The notes below the pieces were generated by a model. The model was not told the origin of the DNA. It saw only the letters and a list, made by a program, of their open reading frames with translations, and searched no databases. From Trichoplax sp. H2 (taxonomy: Eukaryota), in NCBI GenBank assembly GCA_003344405.1, contig NOWV01000133.1, positions 1 to 64,000 of the forward strand: a stretch of DNA of 64,000 bases. The letters run 5' to 3'. Each line of letters opens with the position of its first letter. Position 1 is the stretch's first letter. The translations under genes and the position numbers were made by a program. Below, piece after piece: positions 39,092 through 52,600 of this stretch.

Positions 39092-42000
39092 TAAAAATAC
39101 TCATTCTATGCTTTCCTATTATACAATGATTTATACGCCTTTAAGGCAGCAGAATTGCCTTAATTGGAGATAGTTTAATCTTATAATATAATCTACTTCA
39201 CCAATTCCTAATTTACGGGCCTATAGACTTAACAGTCTGTATACTGTTCTTGATAACCTATTAGTACAATATATAATTACAAATTACAGTTATGTAATTT
39301 ATCAAATTTTCCCTGGCCGTAACATTGACGAATAGTTTATAATATGCATTAATACGATAGATACTTGTATTAGCGAATGTCGGTATATCTAGCCAATAGC
39401 CAACTATTATAATAATAATTAATGAACTAATGGATTAATTGCATAATTACTAGCAATAAACAGGAGAAATTAAACTCTATTGTGAAGTTCAACGCCTGAT
39501 TTGTAACAACTACGGTAATATAACAAACGTATTTCTTGCAATATGCTACTAGTAGCAGAAAACAAACACGGCGTTTTTTAAATACTACTATTGTCCATTT
39601 GTATTCACGACCAATATCTGCTTAGTTGATTAATTTTGGACAGTTATCATGGGTTGTTCATACCGTAGTAATTTTAAGGTCAACCTACGCCGGAATATAG
39701 TATCGTAGCAAAAGTAGATCCAAAAGACACTAGAATAACATAGATGGTCAAACAATACTAGTTAGTATTTAAATTAAGCTGTACGTTCGGCTTTGAAAAA
39801 GGTTGCAGATTGCATATTAATACTGTAATTTTTAGTGTTAACTGATCAAAGCAACTGTTATAAGGAGCAAGACACTTTTCTAATAATGGAAAGATTATTT
39901 AATTATACGACTTCAATGGTTCGATTGATTATTCTAAGAAAGTTAATCCTGATCCAATTTTAATTCAAACGATGCTCGATTAGCAAAGAATACAAAAGTC
40001 ACTCTATGATTCAAAATTAGCTTGGAACAATAGTAACATTTCATAAAAATTTCTAACACAGGACAAATATAGCTAATTTATCATTACTAAATATAGAATA
40101 GAAATATAGGTATAGAAAGAAGTAAAACAATGTCGGTAATTCGATATACAGTAAATGTAGTTGATAGTTTTCCTTTATTAAAAAATGATCGAAATTCCTG
40201 ATCGAAATGTTTACTAGTTTTTGTTAGAGCTAATTTCTTTATTGTTGTGAAGAGTTCCTGAATTTAAGATTATTGTAATTGAAATTAAACTAGCCTAGTC
40301 ATTAGCAGACAGTTGCTATCGTTTAGAAATTAATTAAACTGCTTCTGGAGATTCAGCTATGATTTACTTTAAAGGAGGTCGGCTTCTTTGCAAAGCAGTA
40401 ATGACTAGATCATATAGGTATTAAGTGTTGAACTCTGTTCATGATTTGGTTACCACATTAAAAATTGTCGATATCTCATCAGTTTAGTTACTGTCATGCC
40501 TGCAATTGCAGAATTGTAAGATGATGGTTAATTCGGATAAAATATACGCGTATCTTTGCCATTTAGTCTCTACTAGACCTTGATTAAAATGAAGCATTCT
40601 GCCATGGTCAATTGAAGAGCTTACGTATAAACTAATTAAATGAAGGCCAATTAACATAATTTTAGGTTAAGCGATTAGAATATACCAGAATCGGAATTAG
40701 GAAAACGTTATTGCTTAATTAATAAGCTTGAAGTATTTTATAATATATTTGATCCCATGTATACTATTGGAAATAGTAGCTTTCAGGAGTTAATGTTATC
40801 TTTACTACAGCACTTAGTAGAATGTCGATGTGTTGCTTCAAGATTGATTACAAAAAATATCTACCCTTATGTTTGCTGTAATTCGATATTAAATTTCACT
40901 ACAACACCATTATACTGAATATATTCTTTTTAAGCGAAAGCTTACTTATTAAACTGTATCCTTACTTCACTGAACTTTAGAATATATCACAATGCTATTA
41001 ATTAATCGAATATCTATAATGGTCGATATCTATGTAACTTTGTTACAATATTTGCGTTTAATCTGTTGACGTATATGACCTATTTCATATTTTAACGTTA
41101 AAAGATACCTACGGTAGGGAGCTGATTGATAAACCGTTCTCATATCATTAACTGGTTGAGAATGATTGCTTTCTAAAAGTAAAGAAACGAAACTAGTAAC
41201 TGATAAAAATGTAACGACTAAGAATAAAAATATAAAAATTAAGTTACAATAATCTATTATATAGGTCCGCAGTCGCAGACCTGGCTGAGGTAAAATTGGT
41301 TACTTATTTAACTAAACCGATAGGAAATTATTTTCGATCCAATTTCCATCTTGAAGGCTATTTAAGTCATTTAATAATAGAGTAATGATTATTTTATAGG
41401 TCTTATAGGAAAATTTATTTATCGAATAATAAACCTTTCCCAAGATAAATTTGTAATTGATCGCAATTTATAAATATATAAATTTCATTAAGTCTAGCGG
41501 ATCTAATTGTGCTATAAAAGTTAACATTCATTTATCTATGTATTAATAAACTCTAAGATGCGATTAGATACATATATCACATATATCAATTGATGACAAA
41601 TATAAAGTGATACTATTACTATGACATAATAACTAGTAACAATTTTGAATCGAATAAATAATTTACTTTCTCGGGTTGAATTTCTATTTGTGTAGGATAT
41701 TTTAGGATAAATACCTGACTGGCCTGATCGATATATTTTTAGAACAGGATTACATTCCTTTTGTTCTACTGGATTGAACACCGTAATGTCAAGAATTATT
41801 ATTTATTTGCAGTCTATTAAATCCTATCGCATTTTACATTAAGATACGAAGAACAAAAGCTCTTCTACCTGCTTTGTGATCGATTTATTTAATTGAGCTG
41901 CTAAAACTATTCCATTATAATATCAATTGTGAAAGTAACTGTAATAGTAAGCTTGACTTGAAGCTATTAATTGACCAATCAAGAAATAACATAATTTATA

Positions 42001-42963
42001 TGCATATTGCACTAAAGCCTGGAAATAAGTTTAATGTGAAGATAATCTATAATTGTGGTATTTTAAAAACCATAAGGACACTACAATTGAAAAAAATAAT
42101 ATTCAGATCTGAAATTTTATTGTTTCATCAATTCAAGGCGGTTTAATTAATCAGTATATTATTTAAAGAGAAAAAATTACTGTCAATGTTTGGGCGAAAT
42201 TAAAGAATGATATCATGATATGTATCACTTGCAGTGCATGAAATTATTTCTATTAGTATCGAATGAAGGGTAAAAAATTTATTAACAATAATTAATTATA
42301 CTGTACGCTTGTATTCATAGCTGTTATTGCTCTTTGAAATTTATTTTCGAAGTAATTGCGTAGGAGGATATGCTACCAAATTAGCGGAAAATCTACAATC
42401 TGATTCAGATAGTAATTATAAATGCGTCGTTGAGATGAATTTTGATCAGGTATAGTGTTTGATTACATTATTAGACAATATTTTCGGTCAACTAGCCGTT
42501 ACCGTTATCATCGAATAAGTAATAAAATAAAACTATGTGAGTAAACATATTAATAATTAAATTCTTTAATTATAGTTGAAATCTAGATTAGTAATAAGAA
42601 AATTAATACATTAAGTTATGCAATTTTATGGCTAACTTGCAAATATGATCATAAGAACATGCGAGTAAACAATGATGTTTACGGATGTTTGAATCAAGTG
42701 GATCAAAACAATCAGTAGGAATACCACAAAACCATAAAAGCGTACCTTCCTTATTATAATTCATTTCACAAACAAATAATTCCTTTATCTTTCCTAGCTG
42801 CTGTATAAATTATATTTGTTTTCAAGATCTAAGTCGGCCATAATTAATTATGCTGCGAAATTTTATTGCGAGAAATTACCGGTATTGACTTTCCTTTACA
42901 TTATTAATGTACAACTTGGCATTGAGCTAATTTTCATGTCATCTGGAATTGGGGTCTACAGTA

Positions 42964-42971
42964 TATATAAA
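42964..42971 (+). promoter_or_regulatory. Candidate TATA box of astacin gene 2
   Basis: TATATAAA about 255 nt upstream of the ATG at 43224. Confidence 0.35.
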
Positions 42972-43223
42972 GCGATCCTTATCCAATTTTTTTATAATTT
43001 GAAGGACCTTTTTTGCTGTGGATATACTTGACCTTAAGTATATTTATTTACCGTCATCCTATAGTAAAAATTTATATTTTCAATCAGTTACTAGTCATCG
43101 CGATTACTGTAATTATTGACAATATCTAAGATACTTTTCTAAGTTGATTTCAATATTTAGACTACTCTATTTCCTATTACCCCATTCAAAATTATCGGCG
43201 GCAATTTCTAACTCTGACTAACC

Positions 43224-46200
43224 ATGGTAACAAAATCTAGATTTCTATACTTTTGGAGCTGCCTGACTATTTGCACGCTACATACAGAAGTTTATGCAAC
43301 TACAGCATCCACCTCCTCAACTACAACCAAAAGTACATCAACCCTTCGGGGCACCGCTACACCGTTATTTTTAAATCCAGATGATTTATCCGCCATTACA
43401 GGCCATAAGCCTTTATCGGAAATGGACTCCATTTACTCATCTATGGGTAAAGATATGGCCTACAAAGATTACTTAATGCAATTAAATTCTCAGAGACAAA
43501 TCAGCATTTACAAACATATTGAATATAGTACCAACCAAACTTATCGAGACCAGTTTCGCAATACGTATTCCGCAGATGCAAATATTGACGTTGTTACTGA
43601 AAACCGCCCATTTACATCAATTATCAGCGATATCAATTCACGTAAGATTTATAACAATATTACAGTATAACTTGAGTTCTTACTCCTTAATTATATATAT
43701 GAATATTGAAATATTTCATTTATAATATGTAATAGAACTTGGTCTAAAAGATCATTTACTGGAATCGGATATATTAGTCCCTAATTCAATCTTTAATAAT
43801 CGAAGTTACGATCAAGGAACAATACGCAAACGTTATCTTCCTTCAGGTGGAATTGCTGGTCAAATTTGGGGCTTAATGGTACCCTACAAATTTATTCCCG
43901 GTTACTGTAAGTTGATTACATTTATCATTTAATCGTATATGCGATACTAAAATTTGTAGGCTCTCTAGAAAGGATATAATTTATATCATTTAATATCTCT
44001 GTCATTACTTTTTTTGTTAGCATCTGGTGATAAACAGAAAGTATTAGATGCAATGGACAAGATTAAAACGGCAACATGTATCGATTTTCACGTTAAATCG
44101 GGTGGAGATAGTGATTATTTGGACATTACAAATGTTGTAGGGTAAGCTTTCATCATAGTTTTCTAAGAAATTTGAAGATATTAATCGGCAAATGTGCATG
44201 GAGAATACATGTTTCTTAACTCTGGGAATGCAATTTCCTGTTTTACTATTATTTTATTTGGGAGCTATAAGAGAAAATAATTTGAATATTGGAGATAGAT
44301 ATAATTCTATTAAGAAAATAATATAGATCAATTTTGTGTACTCTTTATGTAAGGCGTTAATAATGTTATAAGTTATAATAAGTTCTTATCCTAATCATAA
44401 TTGCTGAAGAGGTTTTTTAGCATGTAATACGCTTTCGTAAAAATAATTGTAAGTTGAAAATAGAATCGAAAAGAATGGACAGCCTGCCTAGTGTTTGTTT
44501 TGATAAAATTCCACATCAATAATTAATTTTATTAAAGATAAAGTTATTTATAGTCGATAAAGATCATTCGTATTTTAATGATTTCTGTAGTTGTCTTCTT
44601 ACAGTCTGCTAAAGGTAATTAATATCCAAAATGCCTCATAAAGCCCTAATGTTACTGTAAATAGGATTTAGGATTCCAAGGAATATCCTATAATGCTATG
44701 GCTATAACAAAACATACTTAATTTTAGTTACAGCAATGAATGAAACGTATAGTGAGAAAAGTTTTATTCCGACAAAAGATGGTTTATAAATAATGTCTTA
44801 TATTAATTATCGTCACATTGAGTCATTACGACGTTTTAAAGAATATCAATCTGCCTGACAATCGTAATCGTAATGACAGTAAATTAAATATTTGTGAAAT
44901 TAAGCGAAATTTTTATATTTTAACTGGATATCTAATCTATCTGCTCGGTGATATTCAGCATTAACTTTGTCATAGATAATTTTGTTCGTTGATTTGGAAT
45001 TTTTATGCGATATGTATAGAGACACTGCAGCTCATCAGTAAATTCTATCCCAGTAATCCATTTCTTAAGAGCTATACACGCGATAATTAGTGAAATTATG
45101 AATACGTATTATAAAAATACAATATCTTGAGTTCTTTTCAAGTACATCTCTCATACCATTTGTACACATTTATAAAACCATTGAGACTCGGATGATGTAT
45201 TTTTATCCAATTGCACGATTTAAATCAAAGGTTAATGCTCATTTCTAGGTGTTCATCAGCCGTTGGTAAACATGGCGGGGCTCAAGTTCTGTCCTTAGCT
45301 AGCACTTGCGTTAGTGAAGAAGGAATTATTCTTCATGAATTACTACATGCATTAGGCATCCATCATACACAATCTCGCCTAGATCGTGATAATTATATTA
45401 GTATCAATACTAATAACGTTGCTCAAGGTGAGTTCATAATAAGTAATTAAGTATCGGATTCAATTTATCCAATATTAAATTACTTAAAGATAAAATCGAT
45501 TTTGGATAGCTAAAAATAAGTCATTATCGAAAGTTACATACAGCATAAATTCATTCTCTAAAGTATTTACCTATTCAAAATCTACAGTATATATGACTGA
45601 AATAAATATTATTTTACACGTATCATTATGCTATATCATCCTTTGAATGATATCGAAATATAATCAATACATAAGATACAAATACCAACAGCGATGGTTA
45701 TTAATCATTCTTCAATGTTTCTCAATTTTCATTAGGAGATCTTCCCAACTTTGATATCTATCCTAATCAGCATACCGATCCATATTCGGTCGAATACGAT
45801 TATCAGTCAGTTATGCACTATGGGGAAGACGATTTTAGCACCGGTGGTACAGTTATTACACCATTAGCTACTGGAGCAAGTATTGGACAACGCAATGGTT
45901 TAAGTTATCTGGATAAAGTAACGCTAAATCTATTATACGGGTGTTATGGTTAGTTATGTTAATTTTAGGATATTAATAGCGCTTAAGTCTATAGTAATAA
46001 AATAACATCGGTGATGACGAGACCTTTGAGATATTCAACTTTGCATTTTTTTCTTTTATTTTATTTAACACTATTTAGATAAAACACCGCATTATTGGCC
46101 TATGGATGAAATTGATACGACTAACGATTTAGTAGTTGGAACTACTGATGTGACTGGACCTACATTCAGTAGTGACCCACAATTTTTAACAGGACTTGAT

Positions 46201-47561
46201 GGTGGTTATCATCTGAATGCTTTACGTATCAGAAGTGAAGATGGTTATGCTAATCTAGGTAAAAAGTAGATCAAAACTTTATGACATTCAAGTATCTATT
46301 AATGTATTACTTTCCCAATTTAAATGATCTTAATAACAGAATACTAATTTTGCTTTTATTTAGGCTCACACCCAAATAAATGTCTTGTTGATCCAGAAAG
46401 GTGTAATAATGGCTTTACTCTTCTATTTTGGCTTAAAATAGAAGATCGCCATCTGTACAAACAGCACATAATCTCAAGTCTTGATCGATCTAGTGAAGAT
46501 CGCGGCTTTGAAATACAATTCGATTCACTACCGCTTATTGGTCGCTTTTTAGAGATTCATGTCCAACAAGAAGATCAACATGACATCTTACCAATATTCA
46601 ATGACTACAAGTACTGGAATCATATAGCCGTGACATGGAGTACCACTAACGGTAAGTTAATTGATGTAAGGATCTAAGCTATTGACGAATTTTGCAATAA
46701 TTGATAAGAGGAACAGCTTTGGTCAAATTCTTAATTAATTATTTCAGTTGCGTTCATAGTTATATCACGACGTATATTATCGATATGATTTAAATCGTGT
46801 AGTGGGCTTTAAATTATATCTAGATATGGAATAGGTCATTCTTTCAATATCTCTTTTATTCTCTAGAAATAAATGCACTAATATTCAACAAATTTTCTTG
46901 AATGTTATCTTCATTGTAGGTATAAAATCATACGTAAATGGCACGGTCAATAATATCCCTGCTATACAGATCCCAAATGGAATGAGTATAGACGATAACA
47001 AACCTAGCTTGATTATTGGTAAATCGCCTGATCTTAATGGGAGTGATGATGCGGACTTTTTAATAGGTAAAATATACTCGAATATCACTGTACACGGTAT
47101 ATTGCTTTCAAGGCTACATTAAATCGAGCTGCAATAAGTAATAGTACCTATTTTAAGGTATAGGATTAATTTTATTCTTTATCCAACACGATTCAAATTC
47201 TATATGGCCAGTCTACAATGCAATAGAATTAAAATAATAAAAAAGTACATTAAATGATTTAAAGGGTTCAATCGACGATTTTTATACCATATGCACGTTT
47301 ATTAAACTATTTTTCATACTACATAAATATTGTATTTGCTACAAAAGAATTTCTTCGTACCATTTATGATCTAATTTTCTCTCTATATTTTATAATACTA
47401 CTATTCCAGACGACGTAGTATTCTGGGAGAAAGAAATTTCGGTAGCAGAAATCTGTAACATCAGAGATAATGGACCATATCATGATATTCCTTCTGGTGA
47501 AGGCAGCCACGGAAGACGAGCTACCACAATTGGAACATTAACATCTTATGTTGGTCTATAA
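43224..47561 (+). CDS. Secreted astacin + LamG/pentraxin-like protease, paralog 2; 9 exons (approx. 43224-43641, 43736-43906, 44021-44141, 45250-45427, 45738-45948, 46079-46258, 46364-46651, 46920-47065, 47410-47561)
   Basis: Signal peptide, Ser/Thr-rich segment, LESDIL, TCIDFH, CSSAVG, HELLHALGIHHTQSRLDRDNY and YDYQSVMHY. Then KTPHYWPMDE, CLVDPERCNNGFTLLFWLK, WNHIAVTW and DDVVFWEKEIS. Confidence 0.93.
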
Positions 47562-49805
47562 TTTTCTTTACTAATGAAGATGAAATGACATTAAATGTCA
47601 TAGGCTTAAAATGAACACAATAATAAATTTCATTGCCAAATATATCCGTTAGTAGACTAGAAATTTAAATCAGTAGAAAATTGAAAAATTTTCTACGAGA
47701 TGATAAGCTAAGACATCCTTTATTGTATTATATGGTATTAAAGATAGTTCAATACCCCTATAAATGTATTAATTGTACTCTTTTATTAGGAAATTATATG
47801 TATATGATAATTTTAACAAATCCTGCATTAAAAGCAGCATAGCAATAACTTAAGCAGACGCTGTGAAAAATATATAGATATTCCAGTATAAATTAATCAT
47901 GACATATATCATAATAAGGAATGCAGTTTCAAATTTGCTCCAATTGACTTTCGTACTATTAATTAGCGGAGGAATTGGAATGTATTTCATTAAAAAAAGA
48001 TAGCCTCATAACATTCCTTTTCGTAATTACTACCAATTCTGTACTAGAAATTTAAGAAGAAGAATTATTCAATCGGACGCAAATTGCAATAAAAATATTG
48101 ACATCACTAGCTACATCTGCATGTGTCATTTTATTCTTGAGAATGATGGATTGATCATAATTTAATGATTCAAATAATATTAATTATTTAAGTAGTAGAA
48201 AAATGACTAGGCCTATTATAGTTTTATTCACGTAACGGTAGGATGTCTACCGATAAAAAGTAGTAAAAGACTAGTTTATTTTAATAAAGAAGTTAGTGGC
48301 ACACATGCTTAGAACTACTATTATCATATACTTATGAAATTTTATACACTGTCACAATAATAAAGCAAATTCAATAATACACTCCTGTCATTAAAAATGC
48401 AAATGGAAGGAAATGCTTTGAGCCTTGCATTTATTGCAAATCTCATTACAAATACTACCTGATCGTTCTAATATCTGGCCTATGTATTACTATTGTCAAT
48501 TGAATGTGAATATTCAATACTCGCAGACTGGGTCAAATTTCTTGTAATACTACATTAAATTTAAAAACATGCTCGATAGATAGTTTGCATGTATGCTGAT
48601 ATCAAGATCAATTGGAGTTATAGTTCTGGCCATGTAGTAAGTAGTATAGTTTCGATATTCTGCAGTACCAATGTAAGAGTTATTGATATCAACGGAGTTA
48701 AAGGCAGGAAGTAAGAGAGTCAATATAGTATACTGGGCATGCTTTTAAATTCAACTCCAGAATGTATCCGATATTCATTATAATTATCCGCGAACATCCT
48801 ATAAAGTAACAAGAATTATCTTGAACTGACAACAGATATTCAATACGATTGGTTATATCAAACTTAGTTGCCATTTATGGAATCAAATATGATATTACAC
48901 TGCAATTTTTTAGACTATGCCATTAAATTATATGTAATGTTGAAGCTATAATTTGCTATTACAAGCTCTTGAAATTCTACCAGACTTTATCACTTATGCG
49001 TGTACAAGTATATTTCCATAAACAGAGACCAGAGACTGAGTCGACAATGATCTTGATTTACGATTATTGCTATCTAAGTCTTAATTATAAATATAATATT
49101 ACCCTACATTTTACCGGGGCTCGAGCAACTAGTCGTATTAAACTACGCAAGTATTATAGCCTATGGTAGTGCATATTAGTAATTCTACATTTAATTAAAA
49201 ATTTAATTCAAGTACTAAACTCACGGCACTAGAAAACTATACCCGGGTATTAATTAATGATTAGGGCTAGTCTTTATTGTAAAGACAGTGCACAGATAGA
49301 GATTGATAGTAAAGTAATAATTTTTCTAATTCTATTACAATCCTCAGGACTTTCGTTATAGAATGATACAGAATCAGAGCAGAGAAGCGGTTGCTAGTGC
49401 TGATTTAAGTTATAGAGTATCCTACACGCGTTAGCACCAAGTTGCCACAGACTTGGATACAATCCTTAATTTCTAGTATAGAGTAACACAGAGTTAGAGG
49501 TAGAGCAGCAGCATTATTTCCAAATGGGAACTTGAAAGTATCCAGAAAATAGCGTCTTTGCAACCGGGTGTTTCTCTTCTATCGATCATTCTTTCAGTAA
49601 CAACATTTTTAAAATCTGATACAACTTATCTTGCTTTTAGGTATATATTTCTGGTAGAGAGGCTCATTAAATTGCCCTACTTTACTATTAAGGCCGCCAT
49701 TTTATGATTAGTTTAAGTATGATGGATATTATTGCATACTAATACGAGTTTATCCTATTTCTTATGTAATGTTTCTATCTAGGTAACGTTTCTTACAACA
49801 TAATC

Positions 49806-52600
49806 ATGGCGTTAAAAAGTGACGAAAATGAAAATTGTGACATTGGCCATCCATATCTCCATACCAATTTCTTCTTTAAATATTGCTCATTCTGGTATGT
49901 CCTCCTCACAGTAGCGTACATGCTATAGTTATTATCAATATATATTTGAATATCAGCGCATATATCATATCTAGGCCTCCAAATCTAAAGAAAATTTAAT
50001 TCGTGGTAGCTTTGTCGTTCGATAACTGATATAAAGACTTGAAGTTACTGCAAATTTTGCAATTATTACCGTACTGTTTCGTTACTCGATGATAATTTTA
50101 TAACCTTAGGACACTTTGGCTTGCTTTAAAAATTAAAATTATTCTAGAGCAATCGTACTATAGCTATGGATATTTCAAGTTATCGCCAATCTTTCAACTG
50201 TAGTTGTATACTGAATTGTTGTTTTAGTGTATGAATTTTATTTAATATAAATCAATCGTTTAATTTATATTTCATTAATAATTTAAATTGTGGTAAAATT
50301 TGTATTGTTTAACGCGATGGTGTGGCTATCACGTAGATATTCTAAGTGGATTATACTTGACATTTGTAGCATTTGCTGGTGTATTCAGTTTAAAAGGTGA
50401 AGTTTATAAAAAAACTTTTATAATTACTATTAAATGTTGATGTCAAGCAAGTATAGAAAGAAAGGAATGTGTAGTAAATGAATGATAACAAGTGTTAATC
50501 CATTTTTATAATGTGAACTATTGTAGCAATCTCGTCTAAGCCCTAACCTGTAAGCATGAATAGAAATTTTAGTTAGATGAGCTATATTTTAGAGGTCTTG
50601 ACATTTTAAATTAACGGAATAGTTATAGCGAAAACTTATAAAATGTGAAGTGATTAAATATATAAATCGATGTTATTCGCGTATTTTAGATATTAGTGCT
50701 GGTGGAATCGGCCTTTCCTTCACTTACACTGTCCTTTTGCTGGGAAATCCGTAGTGGTTTGTAAGGCAAACTGCAGAACTCGAGAATCAGATCATTGTAT
50801 AATATTTTAAAATATTTATATCTGCGTTTAACCAATAGCTATTTTACTCATTATATTTTTCCTTTTTTTTGTGGCTTTAAAAGAATATTCAAAGCATTAG
50901 ATGAGAGTTATACCTCATCTAAAGCAAGGAATTGTATTGTATCTATTAGAACATAAAATGAAATATTCACTTATTACATTTTTAGATGACATCTGTGGAA
51001 AGAATTAAAGAATATACGGAGATAAAGCCTGAAAGTGCCAACACTGAAGTTACCACACCGAAGGATTGGCCAAGTAATGGTAGAATTAACTTCGAACATA
51101 TGTCATTCCGTCACCATAAGAAGTTGCCTTACGTTTTCCATGATATAAGCTGTTCTATTAAACCTAGAGAGAAGGTAGATTCTAAGTTAATATTAACAAT
51201 TACCTCTAGACATTAAAATTTAATATACAGTGTAATGTACCTGACTGTTTAATTGAATTACTAATGATTTCTGATCCATTGGTATTGTTATCATGATTGC
51301 ATACATACTAATGTAGATTCTCACTGGAATTATTAAAATAGATGGAGTTCGATATCCAATGTTGGTCTTAGCTTTCTTCGTGGTAAGATTTCTGTGATAC
51401 CCCAAGTAATAAAGTGCTGTCCTTGATTAACATTTAAGCTTTGTACGAATTTTTATGAAATTGAAAATGCACTTTGATTTATAGCTCGATCTACTATGTA
51501 CTTTATAGTAATATGAAACCTGAAATATAAAAGTTTTTTCGGTAGATTTTTTTATGCCTTAGAAACTATAATTTTAAGTTTAACTTATGATTTTATTGGT
51601 ACAGGATCCATCATTGTTTGTCGGAACATTACGTAGCAATCTTGATCCATTTAATGCCTATGACGATTCTCAACTATGGAGAGCCTTAGATGAAGTATTT
51701 TAAAAATATAAATTTAAATGCATACCATAACAGCCTATAGCTTAGGAGTCTTGATAGTATGACATACCGTTCTGTACTAAGGGCGATACTCAAGAAGAAT
51801 AAAATTTTAATAATTGATGAGGCAACTGCTAATGTCGATTTCAGGTATTCTGTATGTTAACATTCATGAATCTTCGCATTATATTAAGTACTGTACACAG
51901 TGATTATTAACCTACGTTGAGTGATGTCTAAATACGTAGATTTGTCAATTCTATTTACTTGATTGCTTACCTTTATATCTAATGCTACTATTTTTTTTTA
52001 TAATCAATCATGGCTTTGATGCTTATAGCACCGATCAAATCATTCAAAAGTCGATTAGAAACAAGTTTCGTCATTGCACTGTCATAAGGATTGCTCATCG
52101 ACTAAATACAATAATAGACTGTGATCGAATTATGGTAAGTTGCAAAGTGACTTCATCTTATTACGGAATTAATTTTAGAAATATCGCATAGTCTCAAAAT
52201 ACCTGTATAAATGCGTACTATAAAGAATCGTATTTAGTTCTAAATGCCTTTCATTACAAGGTTAAAAACCATGTAATATGATATTTGCCTTATAGCTACC
52301 TCTGCCCATGTAATTTTATTTTACTTTCTATTCAAATTTTTAGCTGTTTAAAGATGGCCGATTGGTTGAATTCGACTCGGCATTCAATTTACTACAGAAT
52401 CAGAATTCTCAGTTTTTTTAAAATGGTGAATAAGACTGAATCAAAAGCACGAGAAAGACTTTATGATATGGCAAGAAAAGTTCATCTACAGGGTAATAAA
52501 TCAACTCGTTTATTGGAGTCAATTCCAGTTACTGACACTGACGACATAAATGCCAAGATTTTGCCGCCTCCAATTGCAAAAAAAACTAGTTACAACTGTT
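49806..52600 (+). pseudogene. Internally deleted, decayed ABCC4-like paralog
   Basis: Exon 1 (MALKSDENENCDIGHPYLHTNFFFKYCSFW, 49806-49894) is followed within about 400 nt by a late-TMD2 fragment (TRWCGYHVDILSGLY, about 50310). Lesions: in-frame TAG at 50752, donor mutated to AT at 50791, NBD2 Walker A and signature segments absent, and a frameshifting T run at 52413-52419. Confidence 0.88.

Noticed and set aside
39100-43200. Hidden gene or transposon in the long AT-rich spacers (also 5600-8500, 33000-35300, 47600-49300)
   Set aside because: Only short ORFs without coding character. No terminal inverted repeats, LTRs, transposase or RT motifs, or consistent exon chains were recognisable by eye.
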